Source: Tubiluchus corallicola
Lineage: Eukaryota; Animalia; Priapulida
Direction of reading: 5' to 3'
Assembly: GCA_030141605.1 (NCBI GenBank)
Contig: JAQGDQ010000009.1
Location: 310,001 to 374,000, forward strand
Length of the DNA: 64,000 nucleotides
Shown here: positions 15,401 to 27,400 of the stretch, in pieces
How positions within the stretch are numbered: position 1 is the stretch's first letter
Layout: each line of letters begins with the position of its first letter
Notes under the pieces: model-generated
Seen by the model: the letters and a program-made list of their open reading frames with translations, nothing else
Told to the model about the DNA's origin: nothing
The model's database searches: none
Position numbers and translations under genes: made by a program

Positions 15401-18400
15401 ATTTTGTATTTACTGAAATACTATATATTATGGTGACTTTTTATTTTTACGATAAATAGATTTCTTGTATGGTAAACGTAATTGATTTTTGTAAAAGAAT
15501 GTTAAGTGCAATAAAAATGAATTGTAGGCGTACCTGTCTGTCTGAAATATACTACTAACAACTTTTATTAATTTATGGCCCCGTTTTTACTTGTCCAGAA
15601 AGCGGATGTCGGAAGATAATCAATACATAATTATGTAGATTATTAATTACTGTGATGAAGCTGCGTACGCAGTGGTTACTGAACAGAATTGACTAGGCTC
15701 TCTGAAATTACTCTCGAGCTTACAGTCCACCTACCTCTCTAATGCAGTCACGCAGAGGCGAGTAATTTTCTGAATGTCAGTCATTGTAATCACTAATTAT
15801 CCTGAAGTCTTATTTCGCAAAAATGCAAGCAACATTGTATCATATTGCGCCATTGAGATGAAAACGTTTACTGAAAAAGATCGCAAGATAATGAAGAATG
15901 TAACATGAAGTTGTTTTTTGATCATCTTCGCGTTTGTTTGGCAACTTTGGCTTATGTACAAATGCGCCGCGTAGGATGTTCTGAGTTGATTATTTTTAGA
16001 ATTTTCTACGTTTTTCTCGTTTATGTTTCGCGATTCCTTTTTGCGTTTTTTGCTCGTTTGGTATGCTCGTATCTTAAGAAATAAGTGCAGGTAATAAAAT
16101 GAAAACGCGAACTACTGATCCGTGACTGAACTACTTGTTGCTAAGCGCGCATTAAGTTTATTTATATGTTGTGTTGTTAGGTTGCCTTACTACGTTATGC
16201 ATGAAGTTACTGTAATCAATTTATTATTTTTGCTTCTGATAATTACTGAATACTATTTGTGAAACACGTATTATGGAACAGGTTTTAGAAGTTGACAAAC
16301 CTGAAACACAGAAGGAAAACGCTGAAAGTGTTCTTGATAAATCTGGTGAAGAGGGCGACGTAGAATCCGGCGCCGAAGGCACTGATGTGCACGATGACAG
16401 TAATGAAGCTGAAGTTTCTCCGCAACAACCACAAATACCTTCCATGCCTTCAAAATCATTTGAACATTATCCACATTCTTACAGATTCAACACACCACGT
16501 GATCTCTTAGTTATGGAATACGCTGAGAATTTTCGAAGACAATACATTTTACTTTTTAAAGACAGGAAACCATTACTGTTGTGTCCACTAAACGAATGTC
16601 GTTGTGAAAAATTTGTCTGCACGACAATTAGACCAACATGTATACCATATGAAGGTATTTATGACTACGACAAATGTGCTGAATTTGTTTCTGATTTTCT
16701 TAATTATGAGCTACTTACACCTCCCACAGAAGTACCAACAATGCTCAAGTCGCCTACTACGGTATTACAAGATCAAAGTGGTCATTGCTTTGAATACAGT
16801 ACAGTTCTTTGTTCTCTTCTAATTGGTATGGGCTACAATGCCTACGTTGTAAGTGGATATGCTACAAAAGAAATTTGTTTCATGGATGAAAATATTACCA
16901 AATGTCCATATGGTGAAGAAACCACACTTGTTAAGACAGCTGGCAAAAAGGTGACAAGTAAAAAGTACATAATAAAACCACCGAAAGACCTAACCAGCAA
17001 ATTTGAAAGTCGACAAGAAGAAAAGCGACTTGCTGATAAAAAGGCCAGAGACGAGAAAGTTCGGCTAGAGTTGGAGGAACTGAGACGTAGACCAACTGTT
17101 TATGATGAATTAATTGGAATGCGAGTTCATAGTTGGGTTTTGGTTCTTCCAGGAAGAAGGGAAGTACCTGAACCCTTTTTTATCGAACCTACCACTGGTC
17201 AAGCACGTGCTTCTGATGACTGCAATTATCTTGGCATTGAGAGTGTTTGGAACCATAAGAACTATTGGGTTAATATGCAAGATTGTTCTAGTGGTCTAGG
17301 TGGAATGATTTATGATTTAGGTGATTGTCGAAAATGGGAATTTATGTTCCCCAGTAGTGACAAGACATTGTATGAAACAGATGATGGTGCTCTAATTGGC
17401 CAAGACACTTATGGCTATGACGAAGAATTCGGAGATGTAGAAAAATTTATTGATTTGCCTCAGTCTTGGGTCAACCTCCTGGTTATTTCTCGAAGAGATT
17501 TTGAATTACGATGTCCCCAGGGCAAGAAAACAAAACTGTATTACAAGACAAAGTATGAAAAATTTGCTCCTTATTATTTGGAAAATGGCTTGATAGAGAA
17601 GTTTTCGTACTACGATGATACGGACTACACAAAATTGATTCAGGTGAAAGAAATTTTTGCCAACAGAGCTGATAGCTTGTGCAAAAAGGTGACTGATCCA
17701 AATACGGGATATATAACAGAATATTTTAATCCTGGTAAGCGGTCTGCTCTTAAAGAGTATTGCTATTGCTTAGAACCAAATTCAAACATTTCTTCGCCGA
17801 GTACTGAAATGGATAGAACTATGTTGCTCTACAATGTGTCTACCATGATGGGAAGAACCATGTTTTTTTATTCTCATGTTCGCCCAGATGGCTTAGTAAA
17901 ACGAGAGGAAAAAGGAATGACTATGACAGAGTATTTTGAAAAAAATCCTGATTTTCTTAAAAGTAGGCTAGTTAAATTTGGAAAAAAAGTGAAGGTCTTT
18001 GGTCCTGCATCTGAAGCTGATAAGAGGCCAATTTTGTACATAAAAGAATGTTTTGAGAGAAATCCTGACAAAGCTCCATGTGAAGACATTGCTGAGAAAG
18101 TATTTGACATTGCCAATGATACAATGAAGGTGACATATCACCATGATCCTGACAGCATTACTGCAGCATTCCGTGAGTTTGTTAAACCACCAAACATTGA
18201 AGAAAAGACTTACAAAGCCGTTGATATGACGCATTACACGGTTGAGTATCAGTTAGATCCACATAAGCCAAAGCTGTCAAATCTCGAACTTTATCAGCAG
18301 TTTGAAAAACTAATGAAAGATGAAACCAGGTCAATCTTCATGTGCAGAGTAAGCGAGGATGAAGTACTCACAATACTCACTGAGAGACGAAGAGACGAAG

Positions 18401-21400
18401 TCACGTCAGAACTTGATACTTCAATATATGACGTTGATAGAAATATCGAGGCACGGCACTTGAGATTAGCACGAGCCTTACAAGAGCAGGAAGATAAAGC
18501 AAGGGAGAAGGAGATGGACACAGATTATCTGTCGCCGTATATAACTCAGATGGGTGTGATTCCAGAAACGATGACACGAACAAAGGCCCAGAAGTTGAAG
18601 GAACAATGTCTCCATGAATTCAAGAAGAGAATGTTTGACAAGGCAAACACGATTCAAGCCAAGTTTGATCAAGAGACTGATGATCTTCAGAAGAAACAAC
18701 AATGGTACCAACAAAATCAAGGAACTACAACCAAAGAAGATGAAGAAGAATACCTTAGTTACTGTAGTGAAGCCATGTTCAGGATTCACATTTTAGAACA
18801 CCGGCTGAATAGATTTAAAGAATCAGCTCCTGCAAAATATGCAGCTCAAGAGCAGAAATTACAAAGTGATCCTCGATTACGCGATTATCTGATTTGAGAC
18901 TTAATTGTTTTACAGCATAGTATTTATTTATAAGCTTGTTTAATGTTTATAAATCTCTGCTACTAGTTTATGTTACTAGTCTTTACTCCAGAGTTAAAAA
19001 CGTGAATGCAAAACAGTAGTTCTTATGTCACAGCACCAGAAATTTTTATTCTTTTTCGTTGTCATTTAGCGTGGCATATCATTGTTAATAAATTACTGTC
19101 GATTCATTGATTTTTATGAACTATGTGTGTCTCGTTTTATTCTTTGAGGATTAAGAAAGCTTGTTTATGAAGTCTTTGGGAAGATTCAGAAGCGACAGTA
19201 AAGTTGTATTTCTACTGATTTGTGTTATATTGTTTTTAATCTTTTCGTGCTATGGCTGTTGGTCAAATTACCAAACGTGTTTAGTACAAGCCTTTCAAGT
19301 GATCTGGGAAGTGATAATTAACGATCTGAAGGATACCACGTACATGTAGCTTTTCTATTAAACAAACCTTTAACAACTCCTCAGAGTTCCTCAAATTACT
19401 CAACTAACTCAGGATTACTTCCTCAGAGTTACAATAAGTAGACTATCCTGTGTTCAAAGTTAAAAAACGAAATGAGTTAGTGAAGAAAGTTATTTGGTAG
19501 TAAAGTAATTCAATCATACACGCTTATCCACGTAAATTTTTAATATAGAAAGTACAAGTTCACTTCTTGACTCTTATTTAAATTCCTTGCTCTTATTTAA
19601 GTAGAAGAGTCGCTGAAATCTAAATTAAAACTTAAGCTTTGTGCAATGCTGTCTCGGATTCAGTGCAGTGTGTAATTATTGTTTGTCAGTTGTGACAGGA
19701 CCAGAGAATCTAATCCTTTGTCAAGGAGAAGGTAATCTTCTAAAATGAGACATTGAATCTCTTTTGAGCAGTCTTAATCTTTCGAGCTCATCCTTTCTGA
19801 ACAACCGGATGACACTCTGTTACATACCTTGCAGATAAATGTAGGATAATGCACAGCATTTACCACCATATTCCTTTTCAGTAGCATAATTATCACCATA
19901 GTTTAAAACGTAAAAGTCATTTCCTTGATCCTAAGCACAAGCACTAACAATAATTGAATAGCTTGGCATGCATTGTCATAAATACAAATAAAACAAAGAT
20001 TTTAGGAAGAATCTTGTAATTTATTTATTTTTTATTGCTAATAAGCAAATATTTCGAAATGTATTACACGCTTCTCCAGTGTAAACATAAGACTGTTTAA
20101 TGTCTTTAATGTTTACACTACAGAAGAAGAATTTTGTAATTGGCTCTGAAGTATCTGTTTATTTACAAGCACTGACAATATCACATTTATTCTAAATGTT
20201 CTCTAATTCAAATCTAACAACGTTTCTCTCTATGATTTGTGTTTTTCATATCAGGCTGACTATTTTTAAAAAATAGTTGCAGTTTTATTTGTACATCCAT
20301 CCTTCGACACATTGCTAAGTCAAGTAAACTAAATATCTTACTTTACTTATAGAGTTATACTTTATACTTTTACGTCTTCTACACAAGCTGCCTTGCACTT
20401 GCTTTTTATTGACAACAAGCTTTGAGACTTGTTCTTGATGTACAAGAATAATCAGGATCTCTGGCCACGTCTAAATGTCACGCTCTTGATGCAGTGGTTG
20501 TGTAGTTATATTTAACTTATTTGCACACCCAGTAGTTTGCAAACTGCTGAAGTTATAACTTCCTTTTAATACTTGCGTGCTTACTTTTTTTATTACAGGG
20601 TAGAGAGAGCATCTTTCATTCCTTGTTTTTTCATGCGGATCACCGAAATAAGAAGACATCATCTTACTTTGCACAGAACGAAGAATTTAACAAAATCACT
20701 TTAGGTTATCCAGTTGGAAAAGATCTGAAGGAGTATGATAAAAGTGTGTATTTTATACTGAGTTTGAATCCTTACAGTACAAACACTAAACAGTTTGATG
20801 TGAGGAATTGCTTGCAACTACCCTCATGTTCCTGATTGCCCGTCCACTATTAGGAGAGAGGAATTTTCAGATTTGCCAGTAATTTTTAGTCACTTACTGC
20901 TATTTTATAATTATCAGACGTGCTGTAATTGATGAACTTATCATTCGTGTCCGTTAAAGTGGTGTTATTGATAACACCCTTTTTCTTTTAGTTTCCCATC
21001 TCCTATATCCAGAGAGTCTACATCATTTGGTTTGGCTGGCACTACAGGAATATAAAGACAAGACAAAATTACAACCTGACTGTGAGTAAGCTTGCAGTGT
21101 ACTTATTATATGTAATTAATTTTTTAGCTACTGGAAGTTGTCTTTTGTCGATGTGTGCTGTCTTATATTGAGCAAAGACCAGTTAACTTAGTGAAGAAGT
21201 ATTAGTTTGTTTAAAGAAATTCCACTCACTCTATAATGTGTAGACCTACGGATAGTATACCAAGAAGGTTAGCATTTGATAAACATAGTTCATGCAGTTA
21301 TATCGACTGGCCATGAAGTTTGCCGGATCTTGTCAAATTGCTCTTTTTCTTAAAATATGTGCAGCTTTAATTCTTTGTTTATTTTCCCTAGATGGATTTA

Positions 21401-24400
21401 AAATCTTTGACAATCTTCAGTCTGTATGCACCAACCCTGAAGCTGTGCGTCCAGAAACGTTGTGTGTACTTGACACCATGGCATTTGTCTATGCTACTGT
21501 GTATACAACTGCTGGGATCATGCAGGAAGCGTCTAGAAGAATTGAAATGGCCAAACCTTCTATTCTACCTGTGATTATATCACCTCGTTTATGTACGGCT
21601 GAGCAGGCAAACTGGTGGAGTGCGTCTTACAAGCTTTATACAAATACGGCAAGGTGTGTATCACAAAATTGAGAGTTTCTTGCAAACTTTTCAACTATTG
21701 TACAACTTTTCGACGCCATTGTTATGAAACTTTGACGTTCTTTTTTATTTTAAACTCTAATAATCAAGTTTTTCGTCTTTTCTTAAATCAGGGAAAATTT
21801 GGCATCCATGCGAGTGACCCTTCAGCGAGGCCTGGAAGTGATTCGAGTAACAGGCTACCATGGCATGAACATACATCTGGTCGCACATCTGGCACGAACA
21901 TTTCAGAAGCTGGCAGAGGAGGAGAATGGGCACAATACTCCACGCAGGGCTGATTTGTCAACCTGGGCTAGCATGTACTGGAAGCCTGCTTTAGGAATGC
22001 TGGAAAAAATGAATGAGTAAGTCAGAAAATCAACAATGTTGATTGCGCTAACATTGCTGTAATGATAGTGTGAACATGTAATCTGAATCTGAACACACTG
22101 AAAAAGTGCTTCTTCCACGGGTAACCTTTTAACAAGCACTGGAACTAGTAAGTGGCTATTTTGATAAATAGGCAAACAAAATGGATTGCATTATCTGTTT
22201 TCAAATCTGGCGTGGCCAGCTTACGCTGTTTAATTAATAAAAATCAAAGATTATAATGAAAGACAAGAAACTATAATGAATAGAAGCAAAGATGTTAAAA
22301 ATCTTAAAGCTATGCATTAGCAGACTAAAGAGTTTCTGTTTTACTTTTAACTGATATAAAATGGTGACTGAACAAGGCTTGATGTCATGAAGCTTTTTTT
22401 GTATTTACAATGCTAACGCAAAATTAAACTCAGTTTCTTAAACTGCTTGATAAAAATTCTAGACTTATCTTATAGAAAGAAGTACGTAAAAATATCAGGC
22501 AGTGTTTATTTAGTAGATTAATTCTAATATACACCTTATAATTTATATAATGTACAGTATGAAATTATTTATAATATTTCTTTATTATTTTAGCAATCGG
22601 GTAGTCAGAATACCAAAACAATGTTTATTTGCTGGAAACTACACACACCTGTTGCCGAATCAAATTAAAGAATGGATTGAAGAGGGTCGTTATTTTATGG
22701 GTTGTGAAGCCATGTTAGCAGGACGCAAGGAGGAGGCTTTAGAGCAGTTTGATGGCATTTCTCTTCCAGATGCAGCATACAAGCAGGCTTTGGTAAGCTG
22801 GCCATATAGTTTTAGGTATTATGCAAGCACTGAAGACAAATTATGGTATTCAAACAAACAAGAAGACTAATGTCACTCAACCAACTAAAAGAGTACTTTT
22901 GCTCAGATTTATAATGTTATGTTTCTGCCTGTGTTTTTAGCGCCTTTGTATAGTTACAACATTTGCACTAAATTATTTATTCTTGCTAGATTTTGATACC
23001 ACATGACTAATTAGAAATTGATTTACCTTTGCATTTTATTCTTGGATCTGCATTTAAGATTTTGAAGTCTTTGGCAACAGAAGAGAATGGGGATCAAGAA
23101 GCAGAGGCTTTTCTGTCCAAAGCTTTAGACAGCCTATACCTGGCATTGGATCGTGTTAGGAAAGACCGATTTCATGTAAGTTAAATTTTTGTAATGGCAA
23201 AAACTACTTAAACCTTTACTAATTTTAACTTTTGCTATGTTATTATTTTTTCGTAGACACTAGGCATTATTTTTGGTGTTAAAGATAATTGTATAGTATT
23301 GACTTATAGAGCGGAAAGTCTGTATAGAGTTTAGGTTCTTAATGCAAAAATAAATACAGTGTTATCATTGCAAATCAGTAACTTCATTTTTGATTCATTT
23401 TGTAGCCTTTGAATAACTTACTAGCACAAGAAATAGAGCATGTAGAATCAAGATTGCAGAAGCTTCGATCAGGTATGTTGTAATTTTAAATTCATTGAAC
23501 AGTCTGTTTGTACTAGAGTAGGATGGCATGGCATTTGTCCACTGGAAATTTCTAGAGCTGGGAATTACAAAAAGTTCTTAAGTTCTGTGAGCGTAAATTG
23601 TTGTGTAGAAAATTATGAAAACTTCGTTTAATTACTGTTACGATGTAATCGTATGATAGTGTAATTTAATAATCAAAAGCTAAATCCTATGCTACAAACA
23701 AATTCACTAGACCATTTTTCAGACTTGTCGGAATTTAGGCACAAAATAATTGTTAAATTTAGGCAGCGGTTCTAATAGTTCTGAAGAAAGCTGGCAAGAA
23801 ATTACCAGGTCGGAGATTTCAAGAAAAGGTAGTGAGGCTTCACAACCTGTGTCTCATAGTACGCCGTTCCACCCTCAACATCTGAGGCGTGAAGACAGAC
23901 CCGGGTTGTACCCAACTTTGAAAGGATTAAACACAAACGCTGAAGCAAGTCCACTAATTATAGGCTACTCAAGTAAGGTAAGAACACAGCTGTAGTTACA
24001 ATTTAACAAAATATTTTACATCAGTTTTTATATCATTAGTCCTGGATCAATTTTACTGTTTCTTTGTTCACTCATGTGCATATTAATGAGTACATTTGGA
24101 TGCAAACATTTTATTAAGAAGATTAGAATTTAGAATTTTATTGATTCTGTTTACAGACCAAGCATGTGCTACCACCTAGTCCTGAGAGATTAGAAGCTCA
24201 AATGCGTGCTTTATCGTACTCGCAAGATACCATTATTCGTTCGGTTATGGAACAAAATAAGACTCTGGTTGACTCAAATAAAGCAATTGTGCAAGAATTA
24301 AAACAACAATGCCAAGTCATTGAACAGTTAAAGGTTTGTTACTGAAAATACTAGATTTATAATATTTGAGTGCCTGTTTTCTTTAGTTTGTTCTTGTATG

Positions 24401-27400
24401 GATGATTTATACCTTAATAGCTTGAACCCTTTGACGATTTTTTTTCTAAGAAATATTCGCTTTTAACTTCACACTTTGTCGGGTTTTATGCAGGTAAATA
24501 AGACTGCATTATGCCTACATGAAAACCTTTTACATCCCAAGTTGTACTCTTTATTTAAATCACACAACCTTGTAATGATTAGACTTCAGTTTGCTATTTA
24601 TGTTTAATATCCCTCTGTTCAAGAACACTTCAACTTTTAAGGTGTTATATAACTCCTTATCATATGCAAACTGTACACAATAATATACTTGAGTGAAAAT
24701 GATGTTTTATACTAGCACCAAACTGTACACAATAATATACTTGAGTGAAAATGATGTTTTATACTAGCAGCAAACTGTAAACAATAATATACTTAAGTGA
24801 AAATGATGTTTTATACTAGCATCAAACTGTACACAATAATATACTTAAGTGAAAATGATGTTTTATATTAGCATCAGCTAGAAAGATTAGAACTGAGAGA
24901 AAGCAGCAGGCATTTGGAAGTCGGCACTAGACAAAGGCTTCAAAAACCAGCTACATCGAACGTCACTCCTGGCCGTTTTATTGACTACAAGGGTGCCGAA
25001 CCCATAGGAGCAACACCTGTGGCACACCTACATAAATATTTATCAAAAGAAAATGGAGGCGAAGACGATTTTGATAACTACTTTTATGAAGGTTTTATAT
25101 TTACTATTATGCATAGCATCCAGGAAGGTCCAGGAAAAATGCTTCCTGCAAATTCTTTAATAAAACTTAAATTACAAGTTAAAAAGGCATGAAAATTTAA
25201 CAGAATAACAACGAATATATGTATGTTATACAAAAAGAAAATGTAATTGTAAGTTTTCAATTTCATTTTTATGAGTATTTTAAAAATGTGATGTTTCTGT
25301 GTTGTATTTCCACAACACAGAAAAGAAATTCCAAAATTTACTGTTTTCAGTAAATAAGATAAACGCGTTTTGATTTTTTTGTTATGAATATAATTTGAAA
25401 AAACCCTAACTTAAATCATCTAGATTTTGGCCTATGGGAGAGCTCTCGGGGAGTGTATCCCACAGGAAAAACCAAAGATGTTGTAAAATGAAAGAAGTTT
25501 TGCTTCAAGAAGGGGCTAAATTAATTCAGGATTTAATCAATTGTGAACTATGCTTTGCAACTGAATGAAATAACACAAAAGACACATAGAACAGTTTTTC
25601 TAAACAGTGTAGATAAAGGAAATGTCAAAGGCTAGGTTATTTTTCATTTAAAACAAATTTTGGAATTTTTTTTTCTTTATTGTGGAAATGCAATTTTAAA
25701 ATTCACATTATTAAAAAACTCAGCCAAAATGTCATATGAAACTTGCAACAAAATTTTTTTGTGTTTCTTGTTATTCTGTTTAAATTTTTATGCTTTTTAT
25801 ACTTGTAATTTTTGTTTTATTAAAGGAAAACTGGACAGTGATATAGACTTTAGTACAAAATAAAGTATGCTGTAATATATTAAAAACTACGACAGGTTTT
25901 TTTAAATCAAAGCTTAGATTAAATAGTAATTACTTCGTATAGTCAAATTTTGTTCAACTTTCTAAGCTGAGCGAGACTGAGCGAATCCACTAAGACTGCA
26001 AAGGCATCTTTTTGTCACATTAGGTGACCAACAAATAGGTGCGGTACCGTGATAAGCATGATCCCGAACATGTGTGTTCGTCGGTGATATCAGTGTGACG
26101 TAGAGCTCATTTTCGTTACATCACATACGCAAACGTGCTTGACTGTGCAGAGAAGATGCCTACCATTGCACAAACTGTGGTTAGTTTGAGGCATAAGTGA
26201 TTGCTGTGTTCGGTTACCGTTAATTAACTTTCCAAGGTAATTATTTAAATACTAGATACAATTGCTAATGTTTATAGGCAAGAAAATGTTTATTTTGAAC
26301 AGTAAATTAAAATGAGATTCGGTCTAATCAATCATCCGGTTTTCCTTTAATGCAGGTAATGTTTTTTTCTGGACGACCCTACATTTGCTTCAGTTTCTAC
26401 AGTGTATTGAAATTTTGTAGTGGATTTACTACAAAGGTTGCTGTTACATGCTCACCTTTTTACTGGTCATCATAAGATTATGTTATATGTGTATTAGCTA
26501 TGTTTGGGTCGCATTGAAGTCATCATTCAGAGATAAATACCTATTCATTGATTTGTAACGTAATCGAAGTTAGTGTCTCCATCTGTTTACTCGGGTATCC
26601 AAATAATTACGCACATTGTTTATTATCCGTGTTCATTACCAAAGCCTAATATTTCTACATGGTTCCAACAATTATAACGCAGGCATTATTTATAACACGA
26701 TATCCATTGTTACAGAATTCGAAATTTAAATACCTGATTCTGTTGCACATTTGTACAGCAGACTACTAGCAGACTATTAAGTGCTGCATTTGCTGCCCCG
26801 AGGCTAATAGCCAGCGAGTGATATTGCAGACACTTTTCAGGGCTTTATGAAAATTTCTTGTAGCTTTTTAAACTTGTCATTTACCAGTAGCCCTAAAGTG
26901 CCACAAATGACTAAATTTTTATTATTTTAGTATTTTGCAGTAGCTTTTGTGTTGTGGTGCCATTTAAACTGTAATACTGTGTCGCGATTTTGCAAAATTA
27001 ATCAGTAAAATTGTTTGAAATTGTTATGGTGTCATCTTTTTTTGGAATTGTGTATACTGCTTAGTGTATACTGGAAGTTTAGTGAAAGCTAGTCATCTTT
27101 TTAATGCATGTATTATGTAAATTGCGTCAAAATATTTGTGTTTGTTAGATAGTCTGCATTATACCTTCTAGGTGATGAGTGTGATGGAGAATATGATCAT
27201 TACTATGACGATAGACAATATCAGGAAGATCCTCAGGTAGCACCTTCCCAGTTTCCAATAGGACAGTATCCATATCATGGAGCATATGCTGCTGCTTATG
27301 GACAGGTATTTATAACATTTAGAAAATATTTATTTTTAATAAATATGCACTTGCAACCATAATCCAGGAATATTTCTATCCAGTATGTAATTTTTAAAGA

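Noticed and set aside
25120-26381. Partial inverted ends (gtccaggaaaaa / tttttctggacgaccct)
   Set aside because: Short imperfect match with no TSD; could be chance.
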